A stretch of DNA of 64,000 nucleotides, taken from NCBI GenBank assembly GCA_965247145.1, contig CBDFGH010000001.1, forward strand, positions 513,164 through 577,163, read 5' to 3'. The DNA is from Rickettsiales bacterium. GTDB lineage: Bacteria; Pseudomonadota; Alphaproteobacteria; Rickettsiales; JAIXRX01. Below, one piece after another: positions 1 through 8,149 of this stretch; position 1 is the first letter of the stretch; each line of letters begins with the position of its first letter. The position numbers and the translations under genes were made by a program. The notes under the pieces were generated by a model that saw only the letters and a list, made by a program, of their open reading frames with translations, was not told the DNA's origin and did not search any database.

Positions 1-1
1 C

Positions 2-91
2 AATAAGGGCCTGCAGCTTTCGATTCAGGAACTGCATGGGGAATATGAGAAGCTGCTGAGCGTGGCGGCTACCGAGCTGGGTGCGAACTAG
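2..91 (+). CDS. 3' end of an unidentified CDS entering from upstream of the window (last 29 codons)
   Basis: Frame 2 is open from base 2 to TAG at 89-91 (..NKGLQLSIQELHGEYEKLLSVAATELGAN*). A hairpin plus T-run follows. Too short to assign a family. Confidence 0.3.
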   Translation, partial: NKGLQLSIQELHGEYEKLLSVAATELGAN

Positions 92-121
92 CGCCTAGAA
101 AATCGCGTTTCACAATACCCG

Positions 122-155
122 AGCCATCCAGCCTTGACCGTCTGGATGGCTTTTT
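122..155 (+). terminator. Rho-independent terminator
   Basis: Stem GCCATCCAG (123-131) pairs with CTGGATGGC (142-150), followed by TTTTT (151-155), about 30 nt after the upstream stop codon. Confidence 0.6.
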
Positions 156-171
156 CATGGGACATAGGATG

Positions 172-675
172 CTATTCGGGATTCCACTCGATCATGCATT
201 CCTCCAACCATTCGCCGAAGCTTTGGTGGGTAATCTCAGGGGTGTCTTCCGCGTTGTAGGGGTAGTTGGAGGCCCAAAACAGAACGGTGCAGGATTGCCC
301 GCCATGCGTGGAGCTTGCGGTATCGAAGCAATAGAAGTTGCCTCTTCCGTCTGGCGAAAACGGTACCAGCTGCGCATATTGCGGCATTGCCACCAACGCA
401 TGCTCGCGATGATAGAGCGCCGCCAGCCCGTGGGCGCCCGCCAGACCACAAACTTCGTTTCCCAGCAGCGAAAATCCGTCCGTAACCTGCAGCATCTGCT
501 TGTAGTCGTTCGGTAGAGCATGACCGAGCGTATGCTCGAAAAATGCCACCTGTTCCGCATCGACCGGTAAGGCCTTTGCCAATTCTCCAGGGAAATGTTT
601 TTCCATTCGGGCGATCAGTGCATGGATCGAATGCATGCCATGCTCCGTGTTTCGATGCGTTACCATCTCAGTCAT
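172..675 (-). CDS. SMI1/KNR4 (SUKH-1) family protein, immunity-protein-like
   Basis: 167-aa ORF. The stretch ..FFEHTLGHALPNDYKQMLQVTDGFSLLGNEV.. fits the SUKH-1 signature (LG-x-x-LP-x-DY...L...G). Small, with no TM segment or signal peptide. Confidence 0.7.
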   Translation of the reverse strand: MTEMVTHRNTEHGMHSIHALIARMEKHFPGELAKALPVDAEQVAFFEHTLGHALPNDYKQMLQVTDGFSLLGNEVCGLAGAHGLAALYHREHALVAMPQYAQLVPFSPDGRGNFYCFDTASSTHGGQSCTVLFWASNYPYNAEDTPEITHQSFGEWLEECMIEWNPE

Positions 676-774
676 ACTAACCTTCGGATTCTATGCAAGG
701 GCGGGATAGCGGCGGGCTTCCGCCATCGCCCGGTTTATGCGATAGTCCGTTTCCGCCTAATTTCCAGGCCCGCC

Positions 775-1422
775 ATGCTCCCCGTCGATCCTCACCCCGA
801 AGCTGATCCCTTTGCCATCCAGCGCGCACGGCTTCTGCATGGCCTCGTGCGGCTTTCCACCGCGCTTTCAGTCGTCGATGGGCCGGTAACGCGGGAGGAA
901 TATTCCGCTTTCCGCCTGCTCTTCCCCATGCCGCCCAAGCGCGATCTACGCGTGCGCGGCTGGTGGCAGGAAGCCTCGCAGACTCCGCCGCCCCCCACGC
1001 TTGCCGCCACCACAATCCTACCGATATTCGCGGCGCGGCCCGATATGCGCGAAGAAATTCTCGCCCGCTGGGTGGCGCTCGGCAATGCGGACGGGCCACT
1101 GAACCGCGCCGAACGTGCTTGGCTGCTCGCCGCCTGTCGCGCGCTGGATCTCTCGCCACGCAGCCTCGTGCGTTTGGTTCGCGAAAGCCGGGGCGGCACG
1201 CGCGCTATGCCGCTCGATCCCTACCAGATACTCGGTGTGCCCCGCCAAGCCGCCACCGCCATCGTCCGCCAAGCTTGGCAGCAAGCCCTGCGCACCTTCC
1301 ATCCGGACGCGTTGGCGGCCCAGGGGGCAGGGGAGGAGACGCAGCAGAAACTGGGCCGGCGCATGGCGGAGATCAATGCGGCGTATGATCGGATTTTGAA
1401 GTTGCGGGGAGAAACCCGATAA
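775..1422 (+). CDS. DjlA-like co-chaperone (TerB-like region plus C-terminal J domain)
   Basis: C-terminal J domain: DPYQILGV, HPD in ..RTFHPDAL.., and ..EINAAYDRIL. It follows a helical TerB-like region (..LSTALSVVDGPVTREEYSAF.., ..LGNADGPLNRAERAWLL..). Start set to ATG 775 because the track start at 595 would overlap the divergent SUKH gene. Confidence 0.6.
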   Translation: MLPVDPHPEADPFAIQRARLLHGLVRLSTALSVVDGPVTREEYSAFRLLFPMPPKRDLRVRGWWQEASQTPPPPTLAATTILPIFAARPDMREEILARWVALGNADGPLNRAERAWLLAACRALDLSPRSLVRLVRESRGGTRAMPLDPYQILGVPRQAATAIVRQAWQQALRTFHPDALAAQGAGEETQQKLGRRMAEINAAYDRILKLRGETR

Positions 1423-1467
1423 TCGTCACCAATCCTTCATAACTATCTGGTAATATAGGGATAGCAA

Positions 1468-2094
1468 TTGATACGGATGGAACCCCCTATGTCCAATGAT
1501 GAAATCCCTACCAAAAAGCAAGATTTGAAATCTCTAGCCGCGCTCGCCCTGAACGATAAAGCAGTGAGCCGCGCCGATAACCTTACGCGCCCGCAGGCGC
1601 CGAAAATATCTCTGCATCATGCAATTCCGGACGTTCCCGTCATCATGCACGAGTATGATCTCGTTACGGACGACCCCAAGGTACATAGCAAACCTGTCAC
1701 TTGGAGTATGGTGGGCACACCGAGATTTCTTGAATCGGTTTCCACCGACAGCTTCACACACGGCAGCGAACTCAGCCTGCCTTTCGAGAAGGTGAAAGCG
1801 GGGGATGCTTCTGCGGTGCGTTCGGGATTGAAAATCCTTGCGGGTGTAACGAATCAATTGTTGGAGGTGCCGGTAGTCGGCTTCAACCTTTCGATCAGCG
1901 CCGAAGATTTGGCAAAAGGGGCGGCCGCTGTTCACAAAGCCAATCCCACTCTCTACAATACGATCGCGCAGAATGGCAGCATCGAGGTTAACGAATTGGC
2001 GGCGGCGGTAAGCCGCTTGAATCTAACCCCCGATATTATCGCCAAGACGGACGGAAGAGCGGTGCCCGTGCAAAGCCTCCAGCATCGTCGTTAG
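1468..2094 (+). CDS. hypothetical protein (orphan, no family recognised)
   Basis: 208-aa ORF with no TM segment, visibly lower GC than its neighbours. The real start may be ATG 1477 or 1489. No motif I can place. Confidence 0.45.
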   Translation: MIRMEPPMSNDEIPTKKQDLKSLAALALNDKAVSRADNLTRPQAPKISLHHAIPDVPVIMHEYDLVTDDPKVHSKPVTWSMVGTPRFLESVSTDSFTHGSELSLPFEKVKAGDASAVRSGLKILAGVTNQLLEVPVVGFNLSISAEDLAKGAAAVHKANPTLYNTIAQNGSIEVNELAAAVSRLNLTPDIIAKTDGRAVPVQSLQHRR

Positions 2095-2141
2095 CGGGCA
2101 CGTTCGCTTCCACGGTCTGCACAGATTGCATAGCCGAAAAG

Positions 2142-2170
2142 TTGACCTCTGCACTCAGGTATACTATATC
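2142..2170 (+). promoter_or_regulatory. candidate sigma70-type promoter of the isc operon
   Basis: TTGACC (2142-2147), a 17-nt spacer, then TATATC (2165-2170), about 44 nt upstream of the iscS ATG. Match made by eye only. Confidence 0.3.
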
Positions 2171-2213
2171 TCTAGGACCAGCGCGGCATAGAACGCGCTG
2201 CTGAGAGAGTGCC

Positions 2214-3434
2214 ATGACCCTGACGATCAAAACGCCCATCTATCTCGATTACCAGGCCACCACGCCGATGGATCCCCGCGTGTTGGAAGCCATGATCCCG
2301 TATTTTACCGAGAAATTCGGCAATCCGCACAGCCGTAGCCACGCTTTCGGCTGGGAGGCGGAAGGCGCCGTGGAGATCGCGCGTGAGCAGGTCGCCGCAC
2401 TGATCGGGGCGAATCCGAAGGAAATCGTCTTTACCTCCGGCGCAACGGAATCGAACAATATCGCCCTCAAAGGCGTGGCCGAATTCCATAAGGACAAGAA
2501 AAATCACATTGTCACCGTGGTTACTGAACATAAATGCGTGCTCGATTCCTGCCGCCATCTGCAGCAGCAGGGCTTTGATGTCACCTATCTGCCCGTGCAG
2601 AAAAACGGACTGGTCGATCTCGACCAGTTGCGCGAAGCGATCACCGAGAAAACCGCCATCGTTTCGGTGATGGCGGTGAACAATGAGATCGGCGTCATCC
2701 AGCCGCTGGCCGAGATCGGGAAAATCTGCCGCGAGAAGGGCGCCTATTTCCATACGGACGCGGCACAGGCCTTCGGCAAGATTCCACTGGATGTGGAAGC
2801 GATGAATATCGATCTGATGAGCATCAGCGGCCATAAGATCTACGGCCCCAAAGGCATCGGCGCGCTGTTCGTGCGTCGCCGCCCGCGCGTGCGCCTCACC
2901 GCACTCATTAATGGCGGGGGCCAAGAACGCGGCATGCGCTCCGGTACGCTGTCTCCCGCTTTGGTCGCGGGCCTGGGCGAAGCCAGCCGCATCGCCAAAC
3001 TGGAGATGGGGAAGGACGCAGAGCATGTCGCCCATATCTTCAACCGATTTATGAGTTCCATCGGCCAACTGCCTGAAGTACATCTAAATGGCGATGTCGA
3101 GGCCCGCTGGAAAGGCAACATCAATCTCAGCTTTTCCTACATCGAAGGCGAAAGCATGATCATGGCGATCAAAGACCTCGCCGTCTCTTCCGGCTCCGCC
3201 TGCACCAGCGCCAGCCTGGAGCCGAGCTACGTGCTGCGCGCCCTGGGCCTGAGCGAAGAAATGGCCCACACCTCCATCCGTTTCGGTGTCGGTCGTTTCA
3301 CCACGGATGCGGAAGTGGATTATGCCATCGACCTCGTGGCCGGCAGCATTCACAAACTGCGCGAAATGAGCCCGCTCTGGGAAATGGTGCAGGAAGGCAT
3401 CGACATCAGCAAGATCGAATGGGCGGCACACTAA
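2214..3434 (+). CDS. iscS: cysteine desulfurase IscS
   Basis: 406 aa. Motifs: [22 protein letters not shown]-lysine motif [14 protein letters not shown], active-site loop SSGSACTS. First gene of the iscSUA-hscBA-fdx order. Confidence 0.95.
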   Translation: MTLTIKTPIYLDYQATTPMDPRVLEAMIPYFTEKFGNPHSRSHAFGWEAEGAVEIAREQVAALIGANPKEIVFTSGATESNNIALKGVAEFHKDKKNHIVTVVTEHKCVLDSCRHLQQQGFDVTYLPVQKNGLVDLDQLREAITEKTAIVSVMAVNNEIGVIQPLAEIGKICREKGAYFHTDAAQAFGKIPLDVEAMNIDLMSISGHKIYGPKGIGALFVRRRPRVRLTALINGGGQERGMRSGTLSPALVAGLGEASRIAKLEMGKDAEHVAHIFNRFMSSIGQLPEVHLNGDVEARWKGNINLSFSYIEGESMIMAIKDLAVSSGSACTSASLEPSYVLRALGLSEEMAHTSIRFGVGRFTTDAEVDYAIDLVAGSIHKLREMSPLWEMVQEGIDISKIEWAAH

Positions 3435-3473
3435 ACATTATATTTGGGGGCTAGCCCCATAGGAGAGAGAATC

Positions 3474-3887
3474 ATGGCCTATAGCGAACAACTGATCGAC
3501 CATTACGAAAACCCGCGCAATGTGGGTTCGATGGACAAAGGCGACGACACTGTCGGCACCGGTCTCGTCGGTGCGCCGGCTTGCGGTGATGTGATGAAAC
3601 TGCAGATCAAGGTGGAGCGCGACGCCGCCGGGCGTGAGATCATCGCGGATGCGAAATTCAAAACCTTCGGCTGCGGCTCGGCCATCGCCAGTTCCAGCCT
3701 CATCACCGAATGGGTGAAGGGCAAGTCGATCGACGAGGCGATGGAATTGAAGAATACCCAGATCGCCGAATATCTGGCCCTGCCGCCAGTGAAGATCCAT
3801 TGCTCCGTACTGGCCGAAGACGCGATCAAATCGGCGATTGCGGATTATAAGTCGAAGCATGTGGCCGATGTGGCGAAGGCGAGCTAG
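3474..3887 (+). CDS. iscU: Fe-S cluster assembly scaffold IscU
   Basis: HYENPRNVG, GAPACGDVMKLQI, FKTFGCGSAIASSS, and LPPVKIHCSVLAEDA supply the three cluster Cys plus the LPPVK motif. ATG 3474 is preceded by AGGAGAG. Confidence 0.95.
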   Translation: MAYSEQLIDHYENPRNVGSMDKGDDTVGTGLVGAPACGDVMKLQIKVERDAAGREIIADAKFKTFGCGSAIASSSLITEWVKGKSIDEAMELKNTQIAEYLALPPVKIHCSVLAEDAIKSAIADYKSKHVADVAKAS

Positions 3888-3902
3888 AGCTTTCAACAAC
3901 GC

Positions 3903-3975
3903 CGTCATCCTGCGCGAAGTCGCAGGATCCCTATCCGCATAACCACGAGATCCTGCGACTTCGCGCAGGATGACG
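3903..3975. repeat. palindromic intergenic repeat, family 1 (CGTCATCCTGCGCGAAGTCGCAGGATC arms), copy 1
   Basis: 27-nt arm at 3903-3929 and its reverse complement at 3949-3975. Same element at 19054-19138, 41522-41610 and 53412-53489. This copy lies between iscU and iscA, inside the operon. Confidence 0.9.
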
Positions 3976-3990
3976 AACGAGGAAGCATCG

Positions 3991-4347
3991 ATGGCCACCC
4001 GCGCCGCCCTTTCCGTATCGGACGAAGCCGCCAAGCGCATCGTCGGCATGTTGTCTCAGCGCGGCAAACCTGCGGCGGGCATCAAGATCGGCGTGCGCAC
4101 GAAGGGCTGCTCGGGGCTTTCCTACACCATCGAATATGCCGATGCGGTGGGGCAGTTCGATGAAGTGGTCGATGCGGTCGATCCCTCCACCGGCGTGCCG
4201 TTCAAGGTGCTAATCGACCCCAAGGCCGTGCTCTATCTGGTGGGTACGCAGATGGATTATGTGGAGGAAAAGCTGAAAAGCGGCTTCGTCTTCACCAACC
4301 CCAACGAAAAAGGCCGCTGCGGCTGCGGCGAATCGTTTCATGTCTGA
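3991..4347 (+). CDS. iscA: Fe-S cluster insertion protein IscA (HesB family)
   Basis: ..GIKIGVRTKGCSGLSY.. plus the C-terminal GCGCGESF motif. ATG 3991 is preceded by GAGGAAG. The track start at 3970 lies inside the repeat. Confidence 0.9.
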   Translation: MATRAALSVSDEAAKRIVGMLSQRGKPAAGIKIGVRTKGCSGLSYTIEYADAVGQFDEVVDAVDPSTGVPFKVLIDPKAVLYLVGTQMDYVEEKLKSGFVFTNPNEKGRCGCGESFHV

Positions 4348-4606
4348 GATCGCGTTTCACGAAACGGATTTGCTGGAATTGACGCGGGAAGATTGGAATT
4401 ATCTGTTGTACGAGACACCGAATGGGGAATTGCTTCTCAGCGTTTTATGCGGTTCGATCGCGCAGTTCGATCTAGCCATTCTTTTGAATTCCGAAGAGAC
4501 GCAAGAATGGCAGCAGCACGGCGCGGCTTTTTTGCAATCGCTCGCCGCCAAAATTAACGGTAAGCCGGAAGCATATCTTGCACGGCGCGTGATGCTTGAT
4601 TTCTGA
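4340..4606 (+). CDS. hypothetical 88-aa protein embedded in the isc operon
   Basis: ATG 4340 overlaps the iscA stop (ATGTCTGA). Its TGA at 4604-4606 ends 1 nt before the hscB ATG at 4608. Visibly lower GC. Does not resemble IscX or CyaY. Confidence 0.55.
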   Translation: MSEIAFHETDLLELTREDWNYLLYETPNGELLLSVLCGSIAQFDLAILLNSEETQEWQQHGAAFLQSLAAKINGKPEAYLARRVMLDF

Positions 4607-4607
4607 T

Positions 4608-5114
4608 ATGCCTCCTGATCCTTTTGTCCTTCTAAACATCGATCCGGCTTTCGATCTGGATTTGGCAACTCTCCAGCGTGCGTATCTCTCTGCCCAGCAA
4701 GCATGCCATCCCGACCGCTTCTCGCGGGAAGATAGGGCGCTGCGGCAGCAGGCGGCGTTGCGTTCTGTCCAGGTTAACGAGGCCTATCAGACGCTCAAAT
4801 CCCCATTGCTCCGCGCCCGCGCGCTGCTTGCCGCGCAGGACATTCTCGTGGGGGGAGAGCGCGACACGCACAAACCCGAACCCGCGTTACTGATGGCAGT
4901 GATGGAGTGGCGCGAGGCGATGGAAGAGGGGGATCTCGATTCAAGCATCGCCACGCTGGAAGCCGCGCAGGCGGCTCAAATCGAAACACTTACCCGCGCT
5001 TTTGCCGCTGTCGAATATTCCACCGCTGCCCAGGGTACATTGCGACTTCAATACTTGGAGAAAACGCTGGCCGATGCTAAGGCCAAACGGCGGCAATTGG
5101 CTGCAAGAATTTAA
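4608..5114 (+). CDS. hscB: Fe-S co-chaperone HscB
   Basis: N-terminal J domain (..LQRAYLSAQQACHPDRF.., ..VNEAYQTLKSPLLRA..) plus a C-terminal helical domain. Position between iscA and hscA. ATG 4608 is preferred over TTG 4596. Confidence 0.85.
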   Translation: MPPDPFVLLNIDPAFDLDLATLQRAYLSAQQACHPDRFSREDRALRQQAALRSVQVNEAYQTLKSPLLRARALLAAQDILVGGERDTHKPEPALLMAVMEWREAMEEGDLDSSIATLEAAQAAQIETLTRAFAAVEYSTAAQGTLRLQYLEKTLADAKAKRRQLAARI

Positions 5115-5182
5115 TCCGTCACTCCCCGAATCGTCACAAGCGATGATGGGGTAATCCACACGGACCCCAAGGAACACAACGC

Positions 5183-7015
5183 ATGCATCTCATGGACATC
5201 TTCGAACCCGGCGAAACGCCGCTGCCGCATGCGGATGATCTGGCCGTGGGCATCGATCTGGGCACTACGCATTCGGTGATCGCGGTGATGCGTGCGGATG
5301 GCGTGGAAGTGCTGCAAATCGATGGCAGCGCGCTGGTGCCTTCCGTGGTGGCGTATGGCGAAACGATACTGGTCGGGCAAGCCGCGCTGGACGCGCCGCA
5401 GGCCTTGCGTTCCGTGAAGCGTTTGATGGGTCGTGGTTTGGGCGACATGGCGGAGCTCAATGCTTCCGGCATTTATCCGGTCGATGCGCATGCCCCCGCC
5501 ACGCCGGGCATCGTGGCGCTGAACACGGCGCAGGGTCGTGTCACGCCGGTGGAAGTTTCGGCGGAAATTCTCCGCCATCTCAAGCAATCCGCCGAGGCAG
5601 CGCTTGAAACGCCCATCAACCGCGCCGTCATCACCGTGCCCGCCTATTTTGATGATGCTGCGCGTTTGGCGACGCGGGACGCGGCGCGTTTGGCTGGGCT
5701 GGAAGTACTGCGCCTGGTCAATGAACCCACCGCCGCCGCTTTGGCTTACGGGTTGGAGGGCGGCAAGGAAGGCGTCTATGCGATCTACGATTTCGGCGGC
5801 GGCACTTTCGATCTCTCCCTGCTGCGGCTGGAAGAAGGCATTTTCCAGGTGCTGGCCACCGCGGGCGACATCGCGCTGGGGGGCGACGATCTGGACAATG
5901 CTCTGCTGAAACTCGCCTATCTCGATGCAGCGGAAACCACCGCGCAATCGCAGAACCGTATGCGCGCCGCGCGCGCCGCCAAAGAAGCATTGAGCGAAGC
6001 CGAATCCGCCGAGCTTCGCATCGAGGGCCGCATGGCCACCATCAGCCGCGCGCAGTTCGAAGCCTCCGCCACCCCGTTCGTCGAACGCTCCCTGCGCATC
6101 TGTGCGGATGCGTTGGAGGATGCGGGGTTGGGCGTGGAAGACGTGCAGGGCGTGGTGCTTGTGGGCGGCAGTACGCGCATTCCGCTGGTGCGCCGCCGGG
6201 TGGCGGAATTCTTCGCCCGCCCCGTACATGCCGAGGTGAACCCGGACGAAGTGGTGGCGGTGGGCGCGGCCTTGCAGGCGGCCTCCCTCAGTCAGGGCGG
6301 CGGCGCGCTGCTGCTGGATGTGACGCCGCTTTCGCTGGGTTTGGAAACCATGGGCGGCATGGTGGAAAAACTCATCCACCGCAACACGCCCATTCCCACC
6401 GCCGTGGCGCAGGAATTTACCACCTACCAGGACGGGCAGCAGGGCATGCTTATTCATGTGCTGCAGGGCGAGCGCGAGATGGTGGCGGATTGCCGCAGCC
6501 TGGCGCGCTTCGAACTGAAAGGCATTCCGCCGATGGCGGCGGGCCTGGCGCGCATCGAAGTGCAATTCGGGCTGGATGCGGACGGGCTGCTTTCCGTGCG
6601 CGCCCGCGAACTCAGCACCGGCATCGAACAGATCGTGGCGGTGAAGCCTTCTTATGGTTTGAGCGAGGAGGAGGTGGAGCGCATGCTGATGGAGAGCATG
6701 CAGTTCGGCCGCGAGGATATGCAGACCCGCTTGCTCGCCGAATCGCGCATGCATGCGGAGCGCACGGTGGTGGAGCTCGAATCCGCCATGCGCAGCAGCG
6801 CGGGCCTTGTGAAGCCGGGCGAGGCGGATATGTTCGCCAGCCAGATCCGCCGGCTGCGCGAGGCGGTGGCGGGGCATGACCGCGAGGCCATCGACTTCGA
6901 AAACGAAGAACTCGCCAAACTTTGCCGCCCCTTTGCGGAAAGAAGAATGGACAAGGCGATTTTGGATGCGTTACAAGGCGCAGAGATCAACAGCGTGCTG
7001 AAAGACCGCGCGTGA
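5183..7015 (+). CDS. hscA: Fe-S chaperone HscA (Hsp70 family)
   Basis: 610 aa. Motifs: [47 protein letters not shown]. Operon position after hscB. Confidence 0.95.
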   Translation: MHLMDIFEPGETPLPHADDLAVGIDLGTTHSVIAVMRADGVEVLQIDGSALVPSVVAYGETILVGQAALDAPQALRSVKRLMGRGLGDMAELNASGIYPVDAHAPATPGIVALNTAQGRVTPVEVSAEILRHLKQSAEAALETPINRAVITVPAYFDDAARLATRDAARLAGLEVLRLVNEPTAAALAYGLEGGKEGVYAIYDFGGGTFDLSLLRLEEGIFQVLATAGDIALGGDDLDNALLKLAYLDAAETTAQSQNRMRAARAAKEALSEAESAELRIEGRMATISRAQFEASATPFVERSLRICADALEDAGLGVEDVQGVVLVGGSTRIPLVRRRVAEFFARPVHAEVNPDEVVAVGAALQAASLSQGGGALLLDVTPLSLGLETMGGMVEKLIHRNTPIPTAVAQEFTTYQDGQQGMLIHVLQGEREMVADCRSLARFELKGIPPMAAGLARIEVQFGLDADGLLSVRARELSTGIEQIVAVKPSYGLSEEEVERMLMESMQFGREDMQTRLLAESRMHAERTVVELESAMRSSAGLVKPGEADMFASQIRRLREAVAGHDREAIDFENEELAKLCRPFAERRMDKAILDALQGAEINSVLKDRA

Positions 7016-7036
7016 ACAAGCACCGCCCTTTCCATT

Positions 7037-7148
7037 CCTCCCCCGCTCGCGGGGGAGGGTAGGTGGGGGTTCTATCAACAAACACCGAGCCAGCCGAGGG
7101 AACCCCCACCCTCCGCTACGCTCCGACCTCCCCCGCGGGCGGGGGAGG
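7037..7148. repeat. composite palindromic repeat, family 5 (CCTCCCCCGC-NN-GCGGGGGAGG hairpins flanking GGTGGGGGTT / AACCCCCACC)
   Basis: Hairpins at 7037-7058 and 7127-7148, with internal inverted arms near 7062-7072 and 7100-7112. Related elements at 31457-31631 and 29337-29491. Confidence 0.8.
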
Positions 7149-7168
7149 TTTTTCAAGAGAGTTCGCTT

Positions 7169-7504
7169 ATGCCCAGCATGACTTTCCTCCTTGCCGACGG
7201 CAGCGAAAAAACCGTCGATGCCCCCAACGGCCTTTCCGTGCTGGAAATTGCGCATAAAAACAGCGTGCCGCTGGAAGGCGCCTGCGAAGGCTCGCTCGCC
7301 TGCTCGACCTGCCATGTGGTGGTGGATGCTGATTGGTACGATAAGCTGAAGACCGCAACGGATGACGAAGAAGATATGCTCGACCTCGCCTTCGGCCTCA
7401 CCCACACCAGCCGCCTGGGCTGCCAGATCATGATGAGCGACGCGCTCGACGGTTTGAAAGTCTCGCTTCCGAGCGCCACGCGGAACATGCAGGTGAATTC
7501 ATAA
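7169..7504 (+). CDS. fdx: ISC-type [2Fe-2S] ferredoxin (adrenodoxin-like)
   Basis: ..[14 protein letters not shown].. and ..SRLGCQI.. supply the four cluster Cys. 111 aa, last canonical gene of the isc operon. Confidence 0.9.
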   Translation: MPSMTFLLADGSEKTVDAPNGLSVLEIAHKNSVPLEGACEGSLACSTCHVVVDADWYDKLKTATDDEEDMLDLAFGLTHTSRLGCQIMMSDALDGLKVSLPSATRNMQVNS

Positions 7505-7617
7505 TCTCGGCACCGATTGCCATGGTACTTGCCATGGGGTTGGCCGGCGATTTTGGCCGCATGGCGTTAGCTATTTGGTAAAGTCTCTTCGCTATGCTGG
7601 GTGCGAAGGAGACTATC

Positions 7618-8145
7618 ATGATCGACTCAGCCCTTATCGAAACAGCCATCCAATCTTTTGTTTCCTCTTTCGCGCCGATCCGCCCGGCATTGCTTGCAAG
7701 GCTGCAGGAGGTGGATTTTTTGGCGCTGATTCAGTTGCCGCAATTCCACGAATTGGCCAACATCCGGGCCGACAAGATGGCGGAGAACAAAAACCCAAGT
7801 CAATTGGAACGTTTGCAATTGGAGCGGCTTGAAGCCCTCGTGGGCATTTCCTATCATGATATCACCGAAGGCACGGATTTCCCGATACTGCAAAAATCGT
7901 TAGAGCAATCAGAAGCATTTCGTCTCGAGATGCAGGAATTGCAGCGGGAACAGGAAGCGAACCGGAAACTTTTGGAAGGCGATATTTCCCTAGCGAAAAG
8001 AAGCGAACTGAAAGAACGGCAGACGGATATTCCAGAAATCATCGGCAATATTCAGCAAAGCGCCGATCGCCATCACGCCAGTCTCGTGCAGATCGCCGAT
8101 CGGTTGATCGATCTGATTCCGGGTCATAGCCGGATGCCAGGATAG
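7618..8145 (+). CDS. hypothetical coiled-coil protein downstream of fdx
   Basis: ATG 7618 is preceded by AAGGAG (7606-7611). 175 aa, E/Q/L-rich heptad-like middle (..LERLQLERLEAL.., ..EMQELQREQEANRKLLE..). No family recognised. Confidence 0.5.
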   Translation: MIDSALIETAIQSFVSSFAPIRPALLARLQEVDFLALIQLPQFHELANIRADKMAENKNPSQLERLQLERLEALVGISYHDITEGTDFPILQKSLEQSEAFRLEMQELQREQEANRKLLEGDISLAKRSELKERQTDIPEIIGNIQQSADRHHASLVQIADRLIDLIPGHSRMPG

Positions 8146-8149
8146 AATA

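Noticed and set aside
595-774. Upstream 60 codons of the DjlA-like ORF.
   Set aside because: They would overlap the divergent SUKH gene (172-675), and the sequence looks non-coding. ATG 775 was chosen instead.
5111-6877. 588-aa minus-strand ORF antisense to hscA. Similar long antisense ORFs occur at 2172-3083, 9871-10920, 15969-17381, 29306-31585, 41993-43849, 45990-47342, 47461-48840, 53770-55056 and 61653-63305.
   Set aside because: Each lies entirely opposite a confidently identified conserved gene. The translations are Arg/Ala/Gly/His-rich low complexity. Such shadow ORFs are expected in high-GC DNA because stop codons are rare.
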